A stretch of 22,061 bases of DNA, taken from positions 1 to 22,061 of the forward strand of contig JAHLWH010000238.1 of NCBI GenBank assembly GCA_019058015.1, written 5' to 3'. The notes below the pieces were generated by a model. The model did no database searches. It was not told the DNA's origin and saw only the letters and a program-made list of their open reading frames with translations. Source of the DNA: Promethearchaeota archaeon. GTDB lineage: Archaea > Asgardarchaeota > Lokiarchaeia > Sigyniarchaeales > SOKP01. The position numbers were made by a program, and so were the translations under genes. Below, piece after piece: positions 8,421-17,584 of the stretch (position 1 is its first letter; the number at the start of each line of letters is the position of its first letter).

Positions 8421-11309
8421 ATGGGAAACACTATGATTCATGTAAAAGGGGCTCGTCAGAATAATCTCAAAAATATAGATGTAAAAATTCCTCATAATAA
8501 ATTAATTGTAATCACAGGAGTTTCTGGGAGCGGAAAATCAAGTTTAGCAATGGATACGATTTTTGCAGAAGGCCAACGACGTTTTTTAGAATCATTATCA
8601 AGTTATGCGAGACAATTTTTGGGTGAATTAGAAAAGCCGGATGTCGATTCCATTGAAGGGCTCAGCCCTTCTATCGCAATTGAGCAAAAAGCGATATCAA
8701 GAAATCCAAGAAGTACGGTGGGAACAGTAACTGAAATTTATGATCATTTAAGAGTTCTTTATGCAAACATCGGAGTTGCTCATTGTCCAAATTGTGGAAG
8801 AAAAATATCACCTCAAACTGCTACCGAGATAGTATCTCAAATAATTAAGCCACATAAAAAAGACTCAAAAATTATTATTAAATCTCCGGTTGTAAGAGCA
8901 AGAAAAGGGTTATACCAAGATTTATTAGAAAAATTGAAGCGGCAGGGATATGCAAGGGTTGAAATTGATGGTATTCAGTATTCTCTTTCTGAAGAAATTG
9001 TCCTTGATAAATATAAAAAACATAATATTGATGTAATTGTTGATAGGTTAGTAATTTCGGATGATATTAGAAAAAGATTATCGGATTCAGTTGAGACTTC
9101 ACTAAAACTTGGAGAAGGAATAGTTAAAATAGAAACTTTAGGTGAGGATGGCAGCACAGAACAAACATTTTCTGAACATTATGCGTGTATTGAATGTGGA
9201 TTATCCTTTTCCGATTTAAAGCCGCGAATGTTTTCCTTTAATACGCCTCATGGCTCTTGCCAGAAGTGCAATGGATTAGGAAGTGCTTTACAATTCCTTC
9301 CAAGTTTAATTATTGGAAAAGATTTAACAAAAACATTGGAAGAAAGCAATATCAGAAAAATTTCAGGATTTAAGAGTACAAATGGTTATTCTTGGCAAAT
9401 CCTAAAGCAAGTCTTAAAACATTATAGAGCTGATACGAAGACTCCGATTAAAGATCTTGATCCTGAATTGTTAGAAAAAATACTATATGGTACAGGACAT
9501 GAAGAAATACAATTTGATTTAAGAAAAGAAGAATATGATAGTAGATTTAATAAAAGAGAGAAAAATAATAATACAAGTTATCAATGGAGATTTAAAAGAG
9601 CCTTTGAAGGATTAATTCCATTATTATATCGAAGATATATCGAAACAACTTCTAAGGAGCAACGAATTTCTTATAGTCACTTTATGATCGAAGTGATATG
9701 TCCAAAATGTAAAGGACAGCGATTAAATCCTTTTAGTCTATCAGTATTAATAGGAGGAAAAAACATTGCGGAAATTTGTGATTTAGCTGTCAAAGACACG
9801 TTAAAATTCTTAAATAAATTGAAATTAACAGAAATTGAGAAAAAAATCTCTAAAGATGTTTTAAAAGAGACTAAAGATAGATTATCGTTTTTGATTAATG
9901 TTGGTTTGGATTACATTTCATTAAATAGAAAAGCTCAGACGCTATCAGTTGGAGAAAGCGAAAGAATAAGACTAGCAACACAATTGGGTTCTAATCTTGT
10001 TGGTGTTACTTATGTGCTTGATGAGCCAACTATAGGGCTTCATATTCGAGACATTAAAAAATTAATTAATATGTTAAAGAAACTAAGAGATTTAGGGAAT
10101 ACCGTCATAGTTGTTGAACATGATGAGAGTATTATAAGGAATGCGGACCATATAATCGACTTAGGACCATTTGCAGGAGAAAATGGTGGCTACTTAGTTG
10201 CAGCGGGACCATTACAGGCAATAATTTCCAATGAAAAATCAATTACGGGAAAATATCTAAATGGTCAATTAACAATTCCACTTCCCGTTTCAAGAAGGGA
10301 ATTAAATAATAAATTTTTGAGAATAAAAGGTGCTCGAGAGAATAATTTAAAAAATATTGATGTAAAAATACCCTTAGGAGTTTTTGTTTGTGTCACTGGC
10401 GTTTCAGGAGCCGGAAAAACGAGTCTTTTTGTAGATTGCCTTTATAAAGGTCTCAAAAAATTAATGGGTTCCGAAGAGAGATTTTATAAAGTTGGAGATT
10501 TTGATAATATTTTTGGCTATCAAAATATTGATAAAATCATTAATATTGATCAAAGTCCTATAGGGCGAACTCCACGTTCAATTCCAGCAACTTACACAAA
10601 AGCATTAGATTATATTAGAGAAATATACGCAAATTTACCAGAAGCAAAAGAAAGAGGGTATCTAAAAGGACGTTTCTCTTTTAATGTAAAAGGAGGTCGT
10701 TGTGGAAAATGTCAAGGCACTGGTTATATTCTCAAAGAGATGTTATTTCTTCCTGATGTATATATAAGGTGTGATGTATGTAAAGGGAAAAGATTTAATG
10801 AAGAAACTTTAGACATAAAATTTAAAGGATATTCTATTGCAGACGTCTTAAAGATGTCATTCAATAAAGCTTACAGAGTTTTTAAAAATATCCCGAATTT
10901 AAAAAGAACAATCAAAACAATTATAGATGTAGGTCTAGGTTATCTAGAATTAGGACAATCATCTACAACTTTAAGTGGGGGTGAAGCACAACGATTAAAA
11001 ATTGCCAGAGAACTAAGAAAGGTTAGTACAGGAAACACGCTATATCTACTTGATGAACCAACAACTGGATTACACTTTGATGATGTTAAAAAATTAATAA
11101 ATGTGCTTCAAAAATTAACTGATAAAGGAAATACTGTTATAATTATTGAACATAATATGGAAATCATTAAATCAACCGATTATATTATTGATTTAGGGCC
11201 AGAAGGAGGAGAAAAAGGAGGAGAAATAGTCGTTCAAGGCACACCTCAGGATATCATTAAAAATAAAGATTCATATACGGGAAAATTTTTAAAGAAATAT
11301 TTGCAATAA
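8421..11309 (+). CDS. uvrA: Excinuclease ABC subunit A
   Basis: Two ABC domains (GARQNNLK...GVSGSGKSS and GARENNLK...GVSGAGKTS), RNPRSTVGT, CxxC zinc motifs, DQSPIGRTPRS, LSGGEAQR, LDEPTTGLH and GPEGGEKGG. Confidence 0.98.
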   Translation: MGNTMIHVKGARQNNLKNIDVKIPHNKLIVITGVSGSGKSSLAMDTIFAEGQRRFLESLSSYARQFLGELEKPDVDSIEGLSPSIAIEQKAISRNPRSTVGTVTEIYDHLRVLYANIGVAHCPNCGRKISPQTATEIVSQIIKPHKKDSKIIIKSPVVRARKGLYQDLLEKLKRQGYARVEIDGIQYSLSEEIVLDKYKKHNIDVIVDRLVISDDIRKRLSDSVETSLKLGEGIVKIETLGEDGSTEQTFSEHYACIECGLSFSDLKPRMFSFNTPHGSCQKCNGLGSALQFLPSLIIGKDLTKTLEESNIRKISGFKSTNGYSWQILKQVLKHYRADTKTPIKDLDPELLEKILYGTGHEEIQFDLRKEEYDSRFNKREKNNNTSYQWRFKRAFEGLIPLLYRRYIETTSKEQRISYSHFMIEVICPKCKGQRLNPFSLSVLIGGKNIAEICDLAVKDTLKFLNKLKLTEIEKKISKDVLKETKDRLSFLINVGLDYISLNRKAQTLSVGESERIRLATQLGSNLVGVTYVLDEPTIGLHIRDIKKLINMLKKLRDLGNTVIVVEHDESIIRNADHIIDLGPFAGENGGYLVAAGPLQAIISNEKSITGKYLNGQLTIPLPVSRRELNNKFLRIKGARENNLKNIDVKIPLGVFVCVTGVSGAGKTSLFVDCLYKGLKKLMGSEERFYKVGDFDNIFGYQNIDKIINIDQSPIGRTPRSIPATYTKALDYIREIYANLPEAKERGYLKGRFSFNVKGGRCGKCQGTGYILKEMLFLPDVYIRCDVCKGKRFNEETLDIKFKGYSIADVLKMSFNKAYRVFKNIPNLKRTIKTIIDVGLGYLELGQSSTTLSGGEAQRLKIARELRKVSTGNTLYLLDEPTTGLHFDDVKKLINVLQKLTDKGNTVIIIEHNMEIIKSTDYIIDLGPEGGEKGGEIVVQGTPQDIIKNKDSYTGKFLKKYLQ

Positions 11310-11391
11310 TGACTTTTCTAATTCTTTTTAGTTTTTCATAACTTATTTGTAATGATAATTAATATAAGATTTTTTTTAATATTATAATTTA

Positions 11392-11403
11392 AGAAGTTTA
11401 ATA
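11392..11403 (+). promoter_or_regulatory. Putative BRE/TATA promoter of infB (AGAAG-TTTAATA)
   Basis: A purine-rich element is followed by TTTAATA beginning 30 nt upstream of ATG 11427. The same 10-mer occurs upstream of the EF-2 gene. Confidence 0.55.
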
Positions 11404-11426
11404 GATATGAAGTGGGATTTTTAATA

Positions 11427-13226
11427 ATGCAATCTATCAAGGAAGATAAAAAACCTAGGGAATTAATAGCCTCAATACTCGGTCACATTGACCATGGAAA
11501 GACAAGTTTATTAGATTATGTAAGAGGAACAGTTGTACAGAAAAGGGAGGCTGCTGGAATAACTCAACATATTGGTGCTAGTTATTTTCCAGTAGAAGCG
11601 ATTAAAAATTTTTGTGGCCCAAAATTTGCAGATTTAGATATTTTTCTTCCAGGAATTTTAATAGTGGATACTCCGGGGCACGCAGCATTTATGAATTTGA
11701 GAAAAAGGGGAGGAGCTGTTGCAGATATTGCAATTTTGGTAATTGACATTATGGATGGACCAATGCCTATTACTTGGGAATCTGTAAATATACTTCGGGA
11801 AAGAAAAGTTCCTTTTATTATCGCAGCAAATAAAATAGACAAAATTCCAAGTTGGAAACCAAATAAAAATGCTGACTTTGTTGAAACCTTTAATAAGCAA
11901 AGTGAATTTGTTCAAAAAAATTTTAATGAGAAATTATATAAGATTATTGGAGATTTTTTAGAAGAGGGGTTTCCCGGGTGTGATAGATATGATAAAATAA
12001 AAGATTTTACTAAAAGCTTAGCTATTGTGCCCACTAGTGCCATTACTGGAGAAGGGATATCTTCACTGCTTATCGTATTATTAGGATTAGCACAACAATT
12101 TTTAAAAGAAAAATTATTATATTCTGAAGGTCCAGCAAAAGGTGTAGTATTGGAGGTTAAAAAGGAAGCTGGATACGGATTTACAATTGATGCTTTAATA
12201 TATGATGGAATCATTAAAAAAGGGCAAAAAATGGTTGTTGGAGGATTAGAAAAACCAATTGTTACAAAAATACGAGCCCTTTTTCAACCAAAACCACTTG
12301 ATGAGATTAGAGATCCTCGTCAAAAATTTGATTCAGTAAATGAAATTCACGCATCTGCTGGAATAAAAATCCTGGCACCAGATTTAGAAGATTCTATTGC
12401 AGGAGCTCCACTTTATGTAATTGAAAATGAATCGAAAGAAGAAGAAATTTATAAAATAGTTGAAGATGAAGTTAATAGTATAAGAATTCAGACAGATAAG
12501 GCAGGGATCGTCCTAAAAGCGGATACATTAGGGTCTTTAGAGGCATTAGGGAAACATTTATCCGAAAATGGTATTGATATTAGTCGGGCTGATGTAGGTT
12601 CGATAAAAAAAGCCGATATATTGAGTGCAGTTGTAGTGAGAGATTTTGATTTATATTCGTCCGTTGTTCTTGGCTTTAATGTAAATATCTTAGATGAAGC
12701 AAAAGAGATGGCATACAATGAAAATGTAAGAATTTTTACCAATGATGTCATTTATAGATTGACAGAGGATTATATTGAATATAAGGAAACTCGAAAAGCA
12801 GAAGATACTGCAAAAGAATTAGGTGAATTGATCTTACCGGGAAAGCTTCAAATGATGCCAGAATTTATCTTTAGAAACTCAAATCCTGCTGTTTTTGGAG
12901 TTAGGGTAATTGGTGGTGATTTGGTTTCCAAAGTTCCTATACTCAAAGATAATGGAAAATATTTAGGTAGAATCCATCAAATTCAAGATAAAGGACAAAA
13001 TATTCAAAAAGCAACTAAAGATATGGAGGTAGCAGTTTCAATGAAAGGTGTTGAAATTGGTAGAGATCTTGATAAAGATGAGATTCTATATATAAATGTT
13101 CCCGAATCTCATGTAAGACAATTAATTGGAAAATTTTTGGATGAATTAACCTCAGAACAAAAAGATATTTTACGAGAATATATTGTCTTAATGCGAAAAG
13201 AAAAAAACCCTTGGTGGGGCATGTAG
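11427..13226 (+). CDS. infB: Archaeal translation initiation factor aIF5B (IF-2)
   Basis: G1 GHIDHGKTS, EAAGITQHIGA, G3 DTPGH, G4 NKID, KADTLGSLEA, FRNSNPAVFGV and C-terminal NPWWG. It lacks the long bacterial IF2 N-terminus. ATG 11427 is preferred over GTG 11412 because of TATA spacing. Confidence 0.96.
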   Translation: MQSIKEDKKPRELIASILGHIDHGKTSLLDYVRGTVVQKREAAGITQHIGASYFPVEAIKNFCGPKFADLDIFLPGILIVDTPGHAAFMNLRKRGGAVADIAILVIDIMDGPMPITWESVNILRERKVPFIIAANKIDKIPSWKPNKNADFVETFNKQSEFVQKNFNEKLYKIIGDFLEEGFPGCDRYDKIKDFTKSLAIVPTSAITGEGISSLLIVLLGLAQQFLKEKLLYSEGPAKGVVLEVKKEAGYGFTIDALIYDGIIKKGQKMVVGGLEKPIVTKIRALFQPKPLDEIRDPRQKFDSVNEIHASAGIKILAPDLEDSIAGAPLYVIENESKEEEIYKIVEDEVNSIRIQTDKAGIVLKADTLGSLEALGKHLSENGIDISRADVGSIKKADILSAVVVRDFDLYSSVVLGFNVNILDEAKEMAYNENVRIFTNDVIYRLTEDYIEYKETRKAEDTAKELGELILPGKLQMMPEFIFRNSNPAVFGVRVIGGDLVSKVPILKDNGKYLGRIHQIQDKGQNIQKATKDMEVAVSMKGVEIGRDLDKDEILYINVPESHVRQLIGKFLDELTSEQKDILREYIVLMRKEKNPWWGM

Positions 13227-13251
13227 GAATTAGTTCTAAAAGGCGGATCAC

Positions 13252-14715
13252 ATGACTCAATTAAATGACATATTTAAAATTGCTCTCAATGAAATTCTTC
13301 CTACAAAGCAAGAAATAGATAAGCATAAAGAAATTATTGATTTTTTGACCAAATTATTAACACAAAAGGCAAAAGAATTGGGAATTAGCTTTAAATTTAT
13401 TGAGCCTCAAGGTTCAACAGGAATTAAACAAACTCAATTGAGAAACACATCTGATATTGATTTGTTTATTGGAATGGATTTTAAATCGTTTATGGAAGAA
13501 AAAATAAGTAAAACTAAATTAAAACAAAAATTGAAAAGTAAATTTAGAGAACTCTGTGAAACTTGGGTAATTAAAGCTATAGAAAAGCACGATTTTAAGA
13601 ATATTATATTACTTTATGCAGAACATCCTTATGTCTCTGCGGAATATATTGATTCAGAAGGAATAACTGAAATTGATATTGTTCTTTGCTTTGCTTTATC
13701 TAAGGAATACTTATTGGAAAATGGTCCAATAACGGCTGTTGATAGAACTCCTTGGCATACTAGATTTGTTAGAGATAATTTAACTAAGGAACAAAAGAAT
13801 GAAGTAAGATTATTAAAACAATTTTTTAAATGCTGTTATTCCTATGGAGATAAAAGTCCTGTTGGAAGGATAGGGTTCATAGGATACAGTTCAGAATTAT
13901 TAATTTATCATTTCAGAAATTTACTAAATTTATTTGAGCATTTTGATGAATTGGAATATCAATCCATCGATTTTTTTAGTAGAAATACTAACGAATTAAA
14001 AAAAAAGCCTCGATTTATAAATGATTTTCTAATTATAATTGATCCCATAGACAAAAACAGAAATGTAGCAGCTGCAATATCAAAAAAAGCATATTATTAT
14101 TGTAAAGATAAAGTTAAGCAATTTTTAAAAGATCCAGACATTTCATATTTTCAATTTAAATTTTTACAAATTGTTAATTTTAATTTGGTAAAGAAAGAAG
14201 CGATATTTGACCATCTTTTTTTAATTGAATTCAAAAATGAAAATCTAGAAGTTCATTATACAGAATTACGAGATAAATTATATTCTTTTGGAGAAAAGGT
14301 AAAAAGTAGTGGCGAAATAGAAAAGTCTAAAGACCCTAGATTTGGAAAAATTACTTTTGAAGTTTATTTTGAAACTGGTAAAAGTCTTTATGCAATCTCA
14401 TTTTTTTGCGAAAATCCAAAAATTTCAGAGAAATTTCTTAGGCGTGGTCCACCAGTTAAGGAAAAATTACATGCGAAGCAATTTAAAAAGAAAAACCCTA
14501 ATTATCTTCTAAAAGAAAACTTTCTTTATATAGAAGAGAAGCGAAGATTCATAAAATTTTTAGACTTTTTAAATGATATTTCAGTAAATAAAGCACCGAA
14601 AGAATTTGATATAATTAACGTTTCAAATTGTTATCATGTAAAGACTGATGTTGGAAAGAGATGTGTCTATGTTCTAAAGGAAATGGTACTTCCTTACATC
14701 AAATATTTAATTTAA
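13252..14715 (+). CDS. cca: CCA-adding enzyme, archaeal class I tRNA nucleotidyltransferase
   Basis: GS...DID nucleotidyltransferase motif (QGSTGIKQTQLRNTSDIDLF), YAEHPYV, AVDRTPWH, EVRLLK, GFIGYSSELL, DPIDKNRNVAAA and C-terminal GPP. Starts 25 nt after the infB stop. Confidence 0.92.
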   Translation: MTQLNDIFKIALNEILPTKQEIDKHKEIIDFLTKLLTQKAKELGISFKFIEPQGSTGIKQTQLRNTSDIDLFIGMDFKSFMEEKISKTKLKQKLKSKFRELCETWVIKAIEKHDFKNIILLYAEHPYVSAEYIDSEGITEIDIVLCFALSKEYLLENGPITAVDRTPWHTRFVRDNLTKEQKNEVRLLKQFFKCCYSYGDKSPVGRIGFIGYSSELLIYHFRNLLNLFEHFDELEYQSIDFFSRNTNELKKKPRFINDFLIIIDPIDKNRNVAAAISKKAYYYCKDKVKQFLKDPDISYFQFKFLQIVNFNLVKKEAIFDHLFLIEFKNENLEVHYTELRDKLYSFGEKVKSSGEIEKSKDPRFGKITFEVYFETGKSLYAISFFCENPKISEKFLRRGPPVKEKLHAKQFKKKNPNYLLKENFLYIEEKRRFIKFLDFLNDISVNKAPKEFDIINVSNCYHVKTDVGKRCVYVLKEMVLPYIKYLI

Positions 14716-14725
14716 TTTGTTTTTT
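14716..14725 (+). terminator. Putative oligo-T terminator after cca
   Basis: TTTGTTTTTT immediately follows the stop codon, typical of archaeal intrinsic terminators; weak evidence in AT-rich DNA. Confidence 0.35.
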
Positions 14726-14971
14726 CCAAAGTTTTTACCTAACTAATATTTAAGAAATATTTTTTTGAATTCTTACTTGGTAATCAATTTACATGGATTT
14801 TACCTACAAATTATAAATTGTTTAAATATCATATCTAAATAATTTTTACTTTAATTTTTTAATTGTTATTTTGGAATACTCGTGTTGATATAAAAGTATA
14901 ACATTATTTGAGTGCTCCAATTTTTAAAAATAGCAAAATTTTTATTTTTTTGACAATTTTTGAAAGCAATT

Positions 14972-14984
14972 AGAAGTTTAAATA
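14972..14984 (+). promoter_or_regulatory. Putative BRE/TATA promoter of the EF-2 paralog (AGAAG-TTTAAATA)
   Basis: Consensus archaeal TATA box TTTAAATA (14977-14984) begins 28 nt upstream of ATG 15005, preceded by a purine-rich BRE-like element; no SD is present. Confidence 0.65.
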
Positions 14985-15004
14985 AATAAGTTGAATAATG
15001 TAAA

Positions 15005-17248
15005 ATGGTAAAGGTCAAAAACCCAGATGAGATAAGAAATCTCGTGATTTCTGGTCCCTATGAAAAGAAGCGAATCTTCTCAATTGTTGCGCATATTGAC
15101 CATGGGAAAACAACAACTACAGATTATCTTTTAGAAAGAGCGGGGCTTATGCGAGAAGAAGATGCAGGTCTACTCCTTGCGACCGACTCGGATGAAGAAG
15201 AACAAGAAAGGGGTATTACGATATTTACAAGCGTTGTATTACTTGCTTTTACTGATTCAAGAACCTCAGACGATGAGGAACCTTATATATTTATGATTAA
15301 TGACACTCCTGGACATATTTCATTTACTGGTGAAGTATCACGTGCATTAAGGGCTTCAGATGGTTGTATAATCTTGGTAGATGCCTTGGAAGGAGTAATG
15401 ACTCAAACTGAAACGAATATTAGATTAAGCGTTGGAGAAGAATTATGTAAGCCCGTTTTATTCATTAATAAAGTTGACAGATTAATTAATGAATTAAAAC
15501 TCAGTCCCAAGCAGGTTTATGAGAGAATAGATAAGATTCAAAATGAGGTTAATGAATTAATAAAAAAGATCGCCCCGAAAGGAATTGATTGGAGAGTTTC
15601 ATTTCCAAATAATAGTGTTGCAATTGGTTCCGCGAAGGATGGTTGGGGCTTCACCCTTGGAATTCTTAAGGAAAACAATATTAAACCAACCTTTGTTTTT
15701 GAGAAATATAACGAAGGAGATATTGCATATTTGAGAAAAAATCTCAGATTAGATGATTCTCTATTAAGAATGGTTGTAGATCATCTTCCAGATCCATTAA
15801 CAGCATCAAAATATCGAATTCCAAAAATCTGGTCTGAAGGTGATTTAGATTCAGAACTAGGTCAAGCATTATTAAATTGTGATCCAAATGGGCCGTTATA
15901 TGGAATGATAACGAAAATATTTATTGATCCTAAGTCTTTTCGTGCAACTTTAATAGGTAGAGTATTTTCTGGGACGCTAAATGCTTCAGATTCAATATAT
16001 TTATTAGGCAAAAAAGAAAAGGTACGGATAAAACGTTTAGGTGTTATGGAAATAACCGATATTTTAGATACAGGAAAAATCCCCGCAGGTAATCTTTTCG
16101 CAATATATGGTTTTATTTGTCCTACTGGAGAAACTTTCGTTGCAGCAAATATGGCACCAGGTAAGGGGGAATATTTCCCATCATTTGAGCAAATTAAATA
16201 TGCTTGTGAACCTGTAGTCTCGCGAAGTATAAAACCAAAGGATCATCAAGATTTAGCAAAATTAGGAGAGGTTGTGCAAAAATGGTTAATGGCTGATACT
16301 ACTGCCGAATTTAGATTAGATGAAGAATCTGGCGAATATATATTGTCTGGTATTGACCCTCTTCAGATAGATATTTTAACAAAACGTATTAATAAACAAG
16401 TACCTATTGAAGTTGGAGATCCGATTATTGTATATCGTGAGAAAATCGAAAAGTCAACCTCCGACGTTCATACAAAATCTGCAAATGTTCATAATAAATT
16501 TCTTATGCATATTGAATCTCTTGATGATACTTCCTTAGAACTAATCATGTCGGGGAGAATTGGAGAATATATGCCTGAGAAAGAGAGAGCAAAAATTCTT
16601 AGAGAAGAGGCTGGTTGGGATACAAAAGAAGCTAGAAGGATTGTAGATATATATAAAGGAAATGTTCTAATCAATGGAACGATGGGATTGCAAAGATTTA
16701 ACAGAGTTAAATCTTATTTAGTTGCGGCGTTTCGCGATTGGACTCAAAGTTGCGTTTTAGCTAAAGAACCTGCTTTAGGTTTAAAAATAATTTTTACAGA
16801 TATGGTAATCCATGAAGATCCGAGACATACTCAATATAATCAAATAGCTGGGATGGTTTTTTCAGGTTTTTCCTTAGCATTTCTAAAAGGTGATCCACAA
16901 ATGTATGAACCTATTCAGAGGGTCGATATTAAAACTCCCGTAGGGACGGAATCGGGTATCATTTCGATTTTAAACCAACATCGAGGAAAAGTTGTGAATG
17001 TTAGTTCTGATGCCGATTATGTGACTGTTCATGGCGAAATTCCCGCTTCGGAAACGCTAGGAATTGATGACGATTTTAGAGGTGCTACACAAGGTCGTGC
17101 CTTTTTTGGTTATGAATTTAAAGCGTTTGAGAGAGTTCCGACTAAAATGCAAGAAGAATTAATCTTGAATATTAGAAAAAGAAAAGGTATGAAGGTCGAA
17201 TTACCGAATCCTAAGCCATGGGAACGTTTTATCTACAAACGAACTTAA
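15005..17248 (+). CDS. Archaeal elongation factor EF-2 family GTPase, probably the divergent paralog aEF-2p
   Basis: AHIDHGKTT, ERGITI, DTPGH, NKVD, GSAK, PIIVYRE, KSANVHNK, YEPIQRVDI and RGATQGRA give the full EF-2 domain set. The diphthamide loop reads HEDPRHTQYNQ and the gene is not adjacent to rpS12/rpS7. Confidence 0.9.
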   Translation: MVKVKNPDEIRNLVISGPYEKKRIFSIVAHIDHGKTTTTDYLLERAGLMREEDAGLLLATDSDEEEQERGITIFTSVVLLAFTDSRTSDDEEPYIFMINDTPGHISFTGEVSRALRASDGCIILVDALEGVMTQTETNIRLSVGEELCKPVLFINKVDRLINELKLSPKQVYERIDKIQNEVNELIKKIAPKGIDWRVSFPNNSVAIGSAKDGWGFTLGILKENNIKPTFVFEKYNEGDIAYLRKNLRLDDSLLRMVVDHLPDPLTASKYRIPKIWSEGDLDSELGQALLNCDPNGPLYGMITKIFIDPKSFRATLIGRVFSGTLNASDSIYLLGKKEKVRIKRLGVMEITDILDTGKIPAGNLFAIYGFICPTGETFVAANMAPGKGEYFPSFEQIKYACEPVVSRSIKPKDHQDLAKLGEVVQKWLMADTTAEFRLDEESGEYILSGIDPLQIDILTKRINKQVPIEVGDPIIVYREKIEKSTSDVHTKSANVHNKFLMHIESLDDTSLELIMSGRIGEYMPEKERAKILREEAGWDTKEARRIVDIYKGNVLINGTMGLQRFNRVKSYLVAAFRDWTQSCVLAKEPALGLKIIFTDMVIHEDPRHTQYNQIAGMVFSGFSLAFLKGDPQMYEPIQRVDIKTPVGTESGIISILNQHRGKVVNVSSDADYVTVHGEIPASETLGIDDDFRGATQGRAFFGYEFKAFERVPTKMQEELILNIRKRKGMKVELPNPKPWERFIYKRT

Positions 17249-17268
17249 TTTTTTAATTTCTTATTTTT
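17249..17268 (+). terminator. Putative oligo-T terminator after the EF-2 paralog
   Basis: TTTTTTAATTTCTTATTTTT directly follows the TAA, upstream of a convergent gene. Confidence 0.4.
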
Positions 17269-17365
17269 CATCTATTCTAAATCTCTATACTATATTAAAA
17301 ATCATTATAAGCTTTAGAAAATATAGAAATAGCTGAAACCATTTTATCTTTTATATTCTAAAATA

Positions 17366-17584
17366 TTAATAGCGTTGATAATTATATTCTATTGGATTAG
17401 ATTTTTTTGTACAGTAGGGACACTTATTTCGAAAAGAAGGTATAACCCTTTTACAAATATTGCATTTTTTTTTAATCTCTTCTTTTTTCTTCCATCCCAA
17501 GCTCAATAATATGTTATTAAGACTCTGAGGAGCAACATAAATAAAGAAAGGCGCCGATGATTGGACAATTAGTAAAATTGGCAT
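17366..17584 (-). CDS. Membrane-anchored zinc-ribbon protein (true start may lie near 17698)
   Basis: C-terminal CNIC-x9-CPYC zinc ribbon follows a hydrophobic segment and a basic linker. The frame stays open upstream to 17704 and there encodes another hydrophobic helix. Confidence 0.65.
   Translation of the reverse strand: MPILLIVQSSAPFFIYVAPQSLNNILLSLGWKKKEEIKKKCNICKRVIPSFRNKCPYCTKKSNPIEYNYQRY

Noticed and set aside
6824-9157. Short ORFs 6824-7033 (+) and 8975-9157 (-)
   Set aside because: Nested in the highly conserved uvrB and uvrA genes with no independent coding evidence.
11412-11426. GTG start for infB given in the ORF track
   Set aside because: It lies only about 9 nt after the TATA-like box, probably upstream of the TSS; ATG 11427 fits archaeal promoter spacing better.
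11582-13260. Five antisense ORFs over infB
   Set aside because: Antisense shadows of a conserved gene, with no recognisable domains.
13252-14715. Nucleotidyltransferase as a CBASS CD-NTase or OAS-like immune enzyme
   Set aside because: It has the CCA-specific motifs (AEHPYV, AVDRTPxH, DPxDxxRNVAA, GPP), follows infB, and has no effector genes nearby.
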